This document shows, in pieces, positions 25,732-34,740 of a stretch of 41,025 bases of DNA. Source of the stretch: Nitrospirota bacterium (lineage in GTDB: Bacteria; UBA2233); contig WOZJ01000049.1 of the NCBI GenBank assembly GCA_011620345.1, forward strand, positions 1 to 41,025, given 5' to 3'. Position 1 is the first letter of the stretch; each line of letters opens with the position of its first letter. Position numbers and translations under genes: made by a program. The notes beneath the pieces are model-generated. The model was not told where the DNA came from and did no database searches. It saw only the letters and a program-made list of their open reading frames with translations.

Positions 25732-28350
25732 ATGGAAGCCGTACGCGAAGCATTTCTTAAATATTTCGAACGGCGGGGCCATACCCTGGTCAGGAGCGCT
25801 CCGCTCGTGGCAAAGGACGACCCGACGCTGCTGTTCGTCAACGCGGGGATGGTTCCTTTTAAAGAGTATTTTACCGGCAATAAAACGGCGCCGTTTCGAA
25901 GGGCAACCTCTTCGCAACGCTGCCTTAGGGTCTCCGGAAAGCACAACGATTTCGAGAACGTAGGCAGGACGCCTCGCCACCATACGTTCTTCGAAATGCT
26001 GGGAAACTTCTCGTTCGGGGATTATTTCAAGGAAGAGGCCATCGCGTTCGCCTGGGAGTTTTTAACAAAAGAGCTCGGCCTTCCCGAGAAGAAGCTCTTT
26101 GCGAGCGTATACGTCGACGACGACGAGGCGTACGCGCTATGGCAAAAGATCGCCGCCCTACCCCAAGACCGGATCGTCCGGCTGGGCAAGGAGCATTGCT
26201 TCTGGGCGATGGGAGACTTTGGCCCTTGCGGGCCCTGCTCGGAGATTTTGATCGACCTTGGAGCATCGCGCTCCTGCGGCAGGCCAGACTGTGGCGTGGG
26301 GTGTGATTGCGACAGGTACCTGGAGCTTTGGAACCTTGTGTTCATGAGCTACGACCAAGGCCCTTCCGGCGCCATTGCTCCATTGCCAAAACCAAGCATC
26401 GACACCGGCATGGGGCTCGAGCGAATCCTGTCCGTCGTCGAGGGCGCGCCGAGCAACTATGAGACCTCGCTGTTTACCCCCATCCGCAAGACATTGATCG
26501 GGTTGCTGCACAAAGAGCCCGATCTTGATAAGGAAGCACTGGGAACGGCCTTTCGCGTCATCTTGGACCACAGCCGGGCGGCTAGCTTTCTTGTGCTGGA
26601 CGGAGTGCTTCCAGCTAACGAAGGCCACGGCTATGTCCTCAAGCGGATCATCCGAAGGGCGCTTCGGTTTGGCAGGCTGCTTGGGCTGACGGAGCCTTTC
26701 TTGAACCGGCTCGTCCTGCCCGTCGCGGAGGTTTACGAAAAGGCCTACCCGGAACTCACGGCTCAGCTTCCGGCAATCCAGGGCATCATCCTTAAAGAAG
26801 AAGAGCGCTTCTTGGAAACGCTCGAGCGTGGCTTGAAGCTGCTGGAAGAAGAGGTTGCCCGCATTGGTTCCTCTGGAACGCTTCCTGGCGAGGCGGCGTT
26901 CCGGCTGTACGATACCTTCGGCTTCCCGCTGGACCTGATCGATGAGCTCTTGAAAGAGCAAAACCTTGGGTTCGACAGGGCCGGTTTTGAGGCGGCGATG
27001 AATCAACAGCGTGAGCGGGCCCGAAAAAAGAGTGCGTTCGGCCGCTCCAACCTCCTTGCCTCGGCCAAGGAAACGGCCAAACCCCGAGAAAGCACATTCA
27101 TCGGGTACAATACGCTCAAATCAAGGGCCCGCGTGCTCGAAGTCCTTAGGCCTTCCGACGCTGGCGACGAAGCGCTCGTCGTGTTCGACGAGACCCCTTT
27201 CTACCCTCAAGGCGGCGGCCAGCTGGCAGACCGAGGAGAAATTCTTGCCGAAGGGTTCTTGGGGCATGTCCAAGACGTCCAACGTCAAGACGGCAGCATT
27301 CTTCACCGGGTACGGCCCCTCAAAGGGGAGCTCAAAGAGGGCATGGAAGTCGAGCTCAAGGTCGACAATGACTACCGAGAGGCCCTCATGCGCGCGCATA
27401 CGGGCACCCACTTGCTCCACAGCGCGCTGCGCAGTGTGTTGGGGGAGCACGTCCGGCAGGCGGGATCTTTGGTCGATGCCGACAGGCTTCGGTTCGACTT
27501 CACTCATTTTGCTCCCCTGACAAGCGAGCAAGTTAAGGAGGTCGAGGTGCTAGCCCAAAAGACCATCCTTCAAGACCTCCCTGTTCGCATCGAGGAGACA
27601 AGCTACCAAGACGCGCTCAAGAGGGGGGCTCTCGCCTTCTTTGGAGAAAAGTACGCGGACGTTGTCCGTGTCGTCGAGATTCCCGGGGCGAGCATGGAGC
27701 TCTGCGGAGGAACGCACGTCGGACGGACGGGACAGATCGGGCCGTTCCGCATCGTGCAAGAGGGTTCTATCGCCTCGGACGTCAGGCGAATCGAGGCCTA
27801 CGTAGGCCTCTTGGCGCTCAAACACGTCCAAGAAGAATCATGGCTAATAGAAACGATCGCCTCAACGCTCAAAACGACACGAGGGGAACTCTTAAAAAGC
27901 CTTGAGGGCGTGCTTGGCGAACTAGACCGCCAACGCCGGCTCAACGCCTCGCTAAAACGCAGGCTATTGAATGCCCGCGCAGAGGAACTCCTTGCCGCCA
28001 ACAAGCGCTTTGGTGATATACACTTGGTTTCCGGCTTTTTGGACGGTGTCGATATGCAGGGCTTGAGGGAGCTTGGGCTTTTGCTCCAAGAACGGCTCCC
28101 CAATTCGATTGCCGTCCTCGGGGCGGAGCATGAAGGCAAGGGTTTTTTGATAGTTCAAACCCGCGGTCAGAGCCCTAAAAACGGAAAGCCGGGCGCCCGG
28201 GCCATTCTGGACGCGCTCCTTTCGCGCATCGGGGGAAAAGGCGGCGGCAGGGAAGACTTTGCACAGGCGGGAGGGCTTGACCCTAAAGCCCTTCAGAGCC
28301 TTCTGCTGGAAGATCTCCCTGAGGTTCTTGAGCGGCTGGGGCTTGGTTGA
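25732..28350 (+). CDS. alaS: Alanine--tRNA ligase
   Basis: NAGMVPFK, RHHTFFEMLGNFSFGDYFK, IDTGMGLER, HTGTHLLH, ELCGGTH and GGGR..AQAGG motifs. Confidence 0.98.
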   Translation: MEAVREAFLKYFERRGHTLVRSAPLVAKDDPTLLFVNAGMVPFKEYFTGNKTAPFRRATSSQRCLRVSGKHNDFENVGRTPRHHTFFEMLGNFSFGDYFKEEAIAFAWEFLTKELGLPEKKLFASVYVDDDEAYALWQKIAALPQDRIVRLGKEHCFWAMGDFGPCGPCSEILIDLGASRSCGRPDCGVGCDCDRYLELWNLVFMSYDQGPSGAIAPLPKPSIDTGMGLERILSVVEGAPSNYETSLFTPIRKTLIGLLHKEPDLDKEALGTAFRVILDHSRAASFLVLDGVLPANEGHGYVLKRIIRRALRFGRLLGLTEPFLNRLVLPVAEVYEKAYPELTAQLPAIQGIILKEEERFLETLERGLKLLEEEVARIGSSGTLPGEAAFRLYDTFGFPLDLIDELLKEQNLGFDRAGFEAAMNQQRERARKKSAFGRSNLLASAKETAKPRESTFIGYNTLKSRARVLEVLRPSDAGDEALVVFDETPFYPQGGGQLADRGEILAEGFLGHVQDVQRQDGSILHRVRPLKGELKEGMEVELKVDNDYREALMRAHTGTHLLHSALRSVLGEHVRQAGSLVDADRLRFDFTHFAPLTSEQVKEVEVLAQKTILQDLPVRIEETSYQDALKRGALAFFGEKYADVVRVVEIPGASMELCGGTHVGRTGQIGPFRIVQEGSIASDVRRIEAYVGLLALKHVQEESWLIETIASTLKTTRGELLKSLEGVLGELDRQRRLNASLKRRLLNARAEELLAANKRFGDIHLVSGFLDGVDMQGLRELGLLLQERLPNSIAVLGAEHEGKGFLIVQTRGQSPKNGKPGARAILDALLSRIGGKGGGREDFAQAGGLDPKALQSLLLEDLPEVLERLGLG

Positions 28351-29368
28351 GGCCTTCTGTGTCTTCTTCGCCGTTGTCCACGCCTTGCGGCTCGCCTTGA
28401 TCGCTCAAGTCAGTCTCTGCGGGCGGGGGCAAAGCCCTTTGCTCTTGTTCGTAGTCTCGATCGGCCTCGGTTTGGGAGGGGGCCTCTTTCTTCTCCTCCT
28501 GCCCTTCGGCCGCTTTTTCTTGCGGAACAAGCGCGCCGGATTGTTTGGCAGAGGGCTCTTCTTGCTTGGGTTTGGAGGCCCGCTCTTTGGACTCCCTTTC
28601 GCTTAGGCTGGTCAAAAGCCTCTTGGCATCATCGGTATCCTCCGCTTCCGGATAGGTTGATACAAGGTGCTCGAGCGTGCTTTTGGCCTTTTGGACATTG
28701 TTAGAGGCCTCGTAGCATTTAGCCAGGCCAAACAACGCCTTAGGAGCATAGCGTGAGGAAGGATACTTTTGAACGAGCCAGCCGTAACGCTCGCTCGCCC
28801 CTTGAAAGTTCTTACGCTTGAAATAAAAATCCCCAATTAGTATCTCTGATTTCGCAAGGCTTTCTATGCAGCTATTGAAATGACTCCTTGCCATATCGGC
28901 CCAGATCGAGTCTGGATAGCGAGAAAGGAGCTCGCCGAACGCGCTGGAGGCGTTCCTGGCCGGCGTTTGGTCTCTTTCGGCCTTAGGTTTTTGGTTAAAA
29001 TAGCACATACCGAGTAAGTAATAGGCGTAGGGCGCATCTTTATGGGAAGGATGGCGTTTGATGAAATCTTCCAAGTACGCAGAGGCCTCGGCGTACTTTC
29101 CTTGGTAGTAGTAGAGCTCGGCCAGACGAACCTCGGCCATAGTTGACTTTTCGGAGAATGGAAACTCGAAGATGACCGCCGTGAATTTTCCCTCGGCCTC
29201 ATCGTAGCGCCCCTTAAAGAACGACGAAAGCCCCTCTTCGTAGAGCTGGTCCACGTTCTTTTTGTGCGTAACGGGCTTAGTTTTGGCGCACCCGGCCGTA
29301 AGCCCGAAGCTCACCACTGCACAACACAAAACTATCCGTGAAAGCGCTTTTCCGGACATTGCATTCAC
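28283..29368 (-). CDS. bamD: Outer membrane protein assembly factor BamD (TPR lipoprotein) with acidic C-terminal extension
   Basis: Lipobox LTAGC, TPR repeats, HPSH..PYAYY, ERDQT and YPDS motifs; start may be ATG 29359. Confidence 0.88.
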   Translation of the reverse strand: MNAMSGKALSRIVLCCAVVSFGLTAGCAKTKPVTHKKNVDQLYEEGLSSFFKGRYDEAEGKFTAVIFEFPFSEKSTMAEVRLAELYYYQGKYAEASAYLEDFIKRHPSHKDAPYAYYLLGMCYFNQKPKAERDQTPARNASSAFGELLSRYPDSIWADMARSHFNSCIESLAKSEILIGDFYFKRKNFQGASERYGWLVQKYPSSRYAPKALFGLAKCYEASNNVQKAKSTLEHLVSTYPEAEDTDDAKRLLTSLSERESKERASKPKQEEPSAKQSGALVPQEKAAEGQEEKKEAPSQTEADRDYEQEQRALPPPAETDLSDQGEPQGVDNGEEDTEGLNQAPAAQEPQGDLPAEGSEGL

Positions 29369-29456
29369 CCAGCGTGCTTAAAGATTTCCATAGAGTTTGA
29401 AGTTTCCTAAGGAGGGCCCGTAGCATTCCTGCCTGCCATGAGGCGTTCTTATTAAC

Positions 29457-29485
29457 AGGCTAAAAGAGTTTCTTCCCGTTGTCAA
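29457..29485 (-). promoter_or_regulatory. Sigma70 promoter of bamD: TTGACA-N17-TAGCCT
   Basis: Perfect -35 at 29480-29485, 17-nt spacer, -10 at 29457-29462. Confidence 0.6.
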
Positions 29486-29522
29486 CCGCCCGGCGGTGCA
29501 AAACGGCGTGAATGAGCGGCCG

Positions 29523-30209
29523 CTAAAGACGGACTCGGCGGAATTGCTCAATGCGTCTTCTTTTCTTTGGGATCAGAAACGCAAGCACGACGCCCGCCGC
29601 AAACCCCCCTACGTGCGCCCACCAAGCGATCGAGCCTGCTCCTGCCATGGACGAGCCCATACCATAAAGGAACTGCATCGCAAACCAAAGGACCAGAAAG
29701 ATGGAGGCGGGGATATTCACAAACGTCAAGAAGATGAACACGGGAACGATCGTGAGCACGCTCGCGCGGGGGAACATCACAAGGTATGCCCCAAGCACTC
29801 CTGCAATCGCCCCGGAGGCGCCCACGATAGGGGTGGCATCGTAAGGGTTGATCGCCACTTGCAAAAGGGCAGCGCAAGCCCCCGATACGAAATAAAGCAA
29901 CAGGAAGCGTCCGTGGCCTATTCTGTCCTCTACGTTGTCGCCAAAGATCCATAGAAACCACATGTTCCCCAAAAGGTGCAGGAGGCCCCCATGGAGAAAC
30001 ATGGAGGTCATGACAGGAACAGCTCTCTCTTTTAGCCCCGCTGCAAACGCGAAGTCCCTGGCAATGAGCCCGTAGGTACGAAAGAAAGGCTCCATTTGAC
30101 CCTGGGGCACTCCCATTTCGTACAGGTAGACGAGCACATTCGCAAGGATCAAGCTAACCACTACGATCGGAAACGTATACGAAGGGTTTGAGTCGCGAAT
30201 AGGGATCAT
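29523..30209 (-). CDS. Rhomboid family intramembrane serine protease
   Basis: SMFLHGG..HLLGNM, GASGAIAG (catalytic Ser) and AHVGGF (catalytic His). Confidence 0.94.
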   Translation of the reverse strand: MIPIRDSNPSYTFPIVVVSLILANVLVYLYEMGVPQGQMEPFFRTYGLIARDFAFAAGLKERAVPVMTSMFLHGGLLHLLGNMWFLWIFGDNVEDRIGHGRFLLLYFVSGACAALLQVAINPYDATPIVGASGAIAGVLGAYLVMFPRASVLTIVPVFIFLTFVNIPASIFLVLWFAMQFLYGMGSSMAGAGSIAWWAHVGGFAAGVVLAFLIPKKRRRIEQFRRVRL

Positions 30210-30234
30210 GGGATCAATCCATAAGGGGGCTCAA

Positions 30235-30270
30235 CAGAAAACAAGGGACATAGAAACCTATGCCCCTTTG
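30235..30270 (-). terminator. Rho-independent terminator after the HU gene
   Basis: Minus-strand AAGGGGCATAG-GTTT-CTATGTCCCTT stem followed by GTTTTCTGTT. Confidence 0.7.
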
Positions 30271-30292
30271 TCGAACCGAACCAAGCGTTCAG

Positions 30293-30571
30293 CTACTTCT
30301 TCATGATGGATTCTTTCAGCGCCTTCCCTGCACGGAAGATAGGGGTGGACCTACCGGAGATCGTAATTTCTTCGCCGGTTTGCGGGTTGCGCCCCTTGCG
30401 CTCTTTCCGTTGAGACACCATAAAAGACCCGAACCCTGTCAACGTGACCTTTTCGCCCTTTTTTAGAGCATCGGTAACCGCCCCGACAAAGGCGTTGACG
30501 AGCGTTTCCGCCGCGCTTTTCGTCACGCGGGTTTTTTCGGCAAGTTGTTCGACCAGCTCTGCCTTCGTCAT
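30293..30571 (-). CDS. hup: HU family DNA-binding protein
   Basis: MTKAELV, GFGSF, GRNPQTG and FRAGKALKE motifs. Confidence 0.95.
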   Translation of the reverse strand: MTKAELVEQLAEKTRVTKSAAETLVNAFVGAVTDALKKGEKVTLTGFGSFMVSQRKERKGRNPQTGEEITISGRSTPIFRAGKALKESIMKK

Positions 30572-30853
30572 GTTCCCCCCCCTAACTAAACGTTTCTGTT
30601 TTCCGTTTGTCTACACGAACCTAATCAGCCACCCTCTCTTAAAAATCAAGGAAGACCAAGGATTTTTAGGAAACTCCTAGCAGCAGAAAGCCTTCGTAAA
30701 ACCCTCAAAGGGCTTAATGCCGGCCTTTTCCTGCTCCTTTGCCATTTACGCATATTTTTTGCGGAAATTCAAGCTTTTTCTTCTAGTTTTCGGCTTTTCT
30801 GAAGGAGAAGAATCGAGGTAACATAGAAGGCAACAATTTAAGGGGGGTTTTTT

Positions 30854-32221
30854 GTGCAAACATCCCCTACGCTGAGCACCCTCGGGCGAGATGTCCTGGA
30901 GCATCTTGCCGCCCTCGTTCGTTTCGATACCTCAAACCCTCCGGGGAACGAGCGGGAGGCATGTCTGTATATCGCCCGTATCCTCGAAAGGGAAGGCGTC
31001 CCCTTTCAGACGGTCGAGCCCTCCCCTGGACGAATAAACCTTGTGGCCAGGCTCGAAGGAACCAAGGCCAAACGGCCCTTCTTGCTGAATGCCCATTTGG
31101 ACGTTGTACCGGCAGAACGGGAAAAGTGGCGTCACGACCCTTTCGGTGCGGTCATTGAAGACGGATACCTCTACGGCAGGGGTACGCTGGACATGAAGCA
31201 GATGGCGGCCATGGCCCTTGGCATCCTCGTTGCGCTCAAGCGTGAAGGGACAAAGCCGCCTAGAGACCTGATCGTGGCATTCGTGGCCGACGAGGAGGCT
31301 GGCTGCGGCATGGGCTCGGCTTATCTTGTGGCCCGTAACCCCGACTGGGTTGATTCAGAGTTCGGCCTGACGGAGGGCGGGGGGTTTGTCCTGCCCATCT
31401 TGGGCAAGACGTTCGTTACCGTTTGCGTGGCCGAAAAAGGCGTGTTTTGGGTTCGGCTGCACGCCTTTGGCAAGCCGGGGCATGCAAGCGTGCCCACGCC
31501 AGAGAGTGCCACGCTTCGGCTTGTCCACACGCTCGGCAGCCTGCTGAACCTCCCCCTTCCTCTGACCCTTACCCCCCCAATGCGGGCGTTTTTTGCAACA
31601 CTAGGGGAAAAAGGCCCGTCGCCTTGGCAAGCAAGGGCGTTTATCCGGGCTATGCTGCGCACCAAAGGCTTGGAGCGCTGGCTATTGCCCTTAACCCTCA
31701 AAAAAGGCCCCGATTCCCATGCACTCGGCGCGATGCTTCGGAATACGATCGCGCTCACCCGGCTCGAGGCTGGAGTAAAGGAAAACGTGATCCCTTCCTC
31801 GGCAAGGGCGGACCTAGACTGCCGGCTACTTCCAGGGGAAACGTCCGGGCCGTTCCTCGAAACGCTGAAGGCGTGCATTCCCAAAGAAGACAAAGAGCAC
31901 GTACGCTTCGAGGTCCTCCAGGACCAAGGAGCCTCCGCATCCCCTGCCGAATCCCCTCTTTACCGGGCGATCGGGAAAACGATCGAGCATTACCTTCCAG
32001 AATCCGGGCCGATCCCGTTCCTGACGCCAGGATTTACCGATGCCCATCACTACAGAAAACTCGGCATGACGATGTACGGGTTCATACCGATGGAAGCCTC
32101 CTCGGGAACAGAGTTCGTCCGGCTGATCCACGGACATGATGAACGCATAAGCTTGAAGAACATCGATTTCGGGGCTACCGTGCTGATGGAATTGACTAAA
32201 CGCATGCTGTTCGAGGTATGA
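30854..32221 (+). CDS. M20/M25/M40 family metallo-hydrolase (ArgE/DapE-like peptidase)
   Basis: NPPGNE, AHLDVVP, GRGTLDMK, ADEE, GHAS, GFTDA and HGHDERI motifs. Confidence 0.92.
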   Translation: MQTSPTLSTLGRDVLEHLAALVRFDTSNPPGNEREACLYIARILEREGVPFQTVEPSPGRINLVARLEGTKAKRPFLLNAHLDVVPAEREKWRHDPFGAVIEDGYLYGRGTLDMKQMAAMALGILVALKREGTKPPRDLIVAFVADEEAGCGMGSAYLVARNPDWVDSEFGLTEGGGFVLPILGKTFVTVCVAEKGVFWVRLHAFGKPGHASVPTPESATLRLVHTLGSLLNLPLPLTLTPPMRAFFATLGEKGPSPWQARAFIRAMLRTKGLERWLLPLTLKKGPDSHALGAMLRNTIALTRLEAGVKENVIPSSARADLDCRLLPGETSGPFLETLKACIPKEDKEHVRFEVLQDQGASASPAESPLYRAIGKTIEHYLPESGPIPFLTPGFTDAHHYRKLGMTMYGFIPMEASSGTEFVRLIHGHDERISLKNIDFGATVLMELTKRMLFEV

Positions 32222-32279
32222 TCAAGCCATATCCTTCGATCGGAAAAAAACCTTTCTAAAATTAAAAAGGAGGAGAGCC

Positions 32280-33242
32280 ATGGCCCGTGTCATCAAGCCG
32301 CCGCTGGGACTTTGGCTTTTGCTAGCGATGCTCCTGGCCCCCTTGGCCGCCATGGTGCATGCTACCGAAGGCTGGAGGGCGTTTGCCGAGGACCCGAAGC
32401 ATTCCAAATTCATCGACGTCGAGGGCGTTCGAACCCACTATATCGAGATGGGGTCGGGCAGCCCCGTCGTCTTCGTGCATGGCCTTGGCGCTTGGAGCTA
32501 TTCCTGGCGCAAGAACCTCGAGGTCACGGCCAAGCTAGGATACCGGGTGATCGCCGTAGACCTCAAAGGGTTTGGCCTAAGCGGTAAGCCGGAGCCTGTC
32601 GCGAAGGAAGACTACTCGGTGGCCGACCAAACAAGGTTCTTGAAGCGCTTCCTAGAGGCGCTATGGATCGGGAAGGCGGACATCGTGGGCAACTCTATGG
32701 GTGGTTCCGTTGCGCTGTACTTTGCGTTCACCTACCCGGCTTCAACCAACCGGATCGTCGTGGTAGACCCGGCCTGCTACAAACAACGCTTCCCTTTGTT
32801 GCTCTGGGCCGTCAAAGCCCCCGTATTCGGCCGAATGTCCGAGGTATTCATGGGCCGCACCACAGCCAAGATGGTTCTCAAGCAGGTCTATGCCGACCCC
32901 AAAAAGATCAGCGATGACATGATCGAGGCGTACGCCATGCCCCTTTCGCTCAAAGGGGGCAAGAGAGCCTTTCGGATGGCGGCGAAACGCCTGTTGCCCC
33001 AAGATTACGACCGCGTCGTCGCCGCCTACAAGCAGATCCAGGCGCCTGCCCTCGTCGTTTGGGGGGAGAAAGACGGTTGGGTTTCGCCCGACATGGGAAG
33101 GCGGCTCGCAAAGGATCTTCCCAATGCCAGGCTCGTGATCATGAAAGGCTGCGGGCACATCCCCATGGAAGAATGCCCTCAAAGGTTCAACGAGGTGCTC
33201 TCCGCCTTCCTAAAGAAGGCGCCCAAAAGCAAAACGCCTTAA
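32280..33242 (+). CDS. Alpha/beta fold hydrolase with N-terminal signal peptide
   Basis: VHGLG, GFGLS, GNSMGG nucleophile elbow, WGEKD and GHIP; AGGAG RBS. Confidence 0.92.
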   Translation: MARVIKPPLGLWLLLAMLLAPLAAMVHATEGWRAFAEDPKHSKFIDVEGVRTHYIEMGSGSPVVFVHGLGAWSYSWRKNLEVTAKLGYRVIAVDLKGFGLSGKPEPVAKEDYSVADQTRFLKRFLEALWIGKADIVGNSMGGSVALYFAFTYPASTNRIVVVDPACYKQRFPLLLWAVKAPVFGRMSEVFMGRTTAKMVLKQVYADPKKISDDMIEAYAMPLSLKGGKRAFRMAAKRLLPQDYDRVVAAYKQIQAPALVVWGEKDGWVSPDMGRRLAKDLPNARLVIMKGCGHIPMEECPQRFNEVLSAFLKKAPKSKTP

Positions 33243-34282
33243 AGCAAGGCCTCGATCGCGGAACGCTTGCCTATTTTTTCTTCTTTGACCTTGTGCTGCA
33301 AGATGGCGGCGGCAAGGGCCTCGCGCAAGGAGGCGAACGTCTCGATATTGGCCAGCTCGACCCCCAAATGGGCGAGCGTTTGGGCCATTTTGGGCGAAAT
33401 TCCCGATAGGAAGGTCCTTCCTCCAAGAAGGGCGGCCGCCTCCGCCGTTCGGATCAGGCTGTCGGCCACCTGCGTGTCCACGAGCGGAACGCCGCTCAAA
33501 TCCACAATGACGGTTTCGGACTGCGTTACCACGATCCGCTCTAGCAGGGCTTCCATCACCGCCATCGTCCGCTCGGAGTCAATCGTTCCGACCAGCGGAA
33601 GGACAAGAATGCCTTCCCACACCTCCGTGATGGGCGTGGAGAGCTCTCTAATAAAGCGCTGCTGCGCCTCAAGCGTTTCTTGGAGTTGTGCGTTCGTTTC
33701 CTCAAGCTCTTTGAGAGCCTCCTTGGCAAAGATCGGGCGGTCTTCTCGCTCCTTCGCATCTTGTTTTGGTACGACCTCTAGCGTGCAGGCCTCCGCCCCA
33801 AGGGCTTGGCAGGAAGTCTCGATGCAATGCATTTCCTCCTCCCCCTTCAAGACCCCGAAGAAGCCGGCGATCATTCCGCAGGCAAAATCACAGGCGGGCC
33901 GCCCGGCTTCAACACCCAAGCGCTGCATCGCCCAGGCCTCTGGCAGGTCTTTCCCCTCGAGGACTGCTCGGCCCATCCCCTCTTCCAAGGACTTGAGCTC
34001 GACAACGCCACCGCCCAGGGATTCAAACGTGGCCAAGAGCTTCTTCAGGCCCTCTTCGCCCTTCTGAGCCTCGCTGGCCTCTACGAGCCTCTCGGCTACG
34101 GACCGGCCGTACTCTTTCCCGGACTCGTAGAAGATCCAGGCGGCCTCGGCCTCACCCTCGAGCCCTGCGATCGTCTGTTTTGTCCGGAATAACCCCCTGG
34201 TTATGGATATAAGGAACCGCCTGTCGCCAAACGCCTCCAATATGCCCCTTTGGGCTGCCTTGATTCCTTCTTGGTCCGCCAT
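33239..34282 (-). CDS. V4R + STAS domain protein (RsbR-like stressosome sensor)
   Basis: V4R motif PACDFACGMIAG..CIETSCQALGAEAC, a coiled-coil linker, and STAS ELSTPI..LPLVGTIDSER..DLSGVPLVDT..SGISP. Confidence 0.88.
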   Translation of the reverse strand: MADQEGIKAAQRGILEAFGDRRFLISITRGLFRTKQTIAGLEGEAEAAWIFYESGKEYGRSVAERLVEASEAQKGEEGLKKLLATFESLGGGVVELKSLEEGMGRAVLEGKDLPEAWAMQRLGVEAGRPACDFACGMIAGFFGVLKGEEEMHCIETSCQALGAEACTLEVVPKQDAKEREDRPIFAKEALKELEETNAQLQETLEAQQRFIRELSTPITEVWEGILVLPLVGTIDSERTMAVMEALLERIVVTQSETVIVDLSGVPLVDTQVADSLIRTAEAAALLGGRTFLSGISPKMAQTLAHLGVELANIETFASLREALAAAILQHKVKEEKIGKRSAIEALL

Positions 34283-34364
34283 GGAACTATTCCCTTCTCC
34301 TGGTCCGTCACATTCCAAACTTATCCAATGTAGGCCACCTTGAGCGGCGCTTGCAAGAGACCTC

Positions 34365-34721
34365 CTAAAACACGAGGGCCTTGGTGCTCTCGAGCGTCAA
34401 GCGCGCCAAGTCGGCCATCGTTCCCGGCCGCACTCCCACGACAAGCTCTCCTTCGCCGATGCCCTTGGCCAAAAGGCAGGTCCCGCAGGCAATCACCTCG
34501 GCGCGCTTCTGGAGTAACCCCTCGATCTTTTGCCCAAGGTTGAGCCCTTCCAGCCCATCGGGCGAGTTTTGGTTCGATTTTGCCGCAAACACGCCGTCGT
34601 CAAGCAAAAAAAGCTTGAGCTTGGCCCCTTGATCGACAAGGCTTTCGGCAAGCCGAAGCGCGTTCATGGCCCTTAGCTTGTCCGGGCCGACGTCCAGCAC
34701 GAGCAACACGAAGCCTTCCAT
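34365..34721 (-). CDS. DsrE/DsrF-like (YchN-type) sulfur relay family protein
   Basis: ALRLA, FLLDDGV, ACGTC..KG and TMADLA motifs. Confidence 0.85.
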   Translation of the reverse strand: MEGFVLLVLDVGPDKLRAMNALRLAESLVDQGAKLKLFLLDDGVFAAKSNQNSPDGLEGLNLGQKIEGLLQKRAEVIACGTCLLAKGIGEGELVVGVRPGTMADLARLTLESTKALVF

Positions 34722-34740
34722 AAGGATTTTCCCCGATTAT

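Noticed and set aside
30572-30853. AT-richer intergenic region between hup and the M20 peptidase, checked for tRNA or ncRNA
   Set aside because: No cloverleaf or known RNA motif; it is explained as a divergent promoter region
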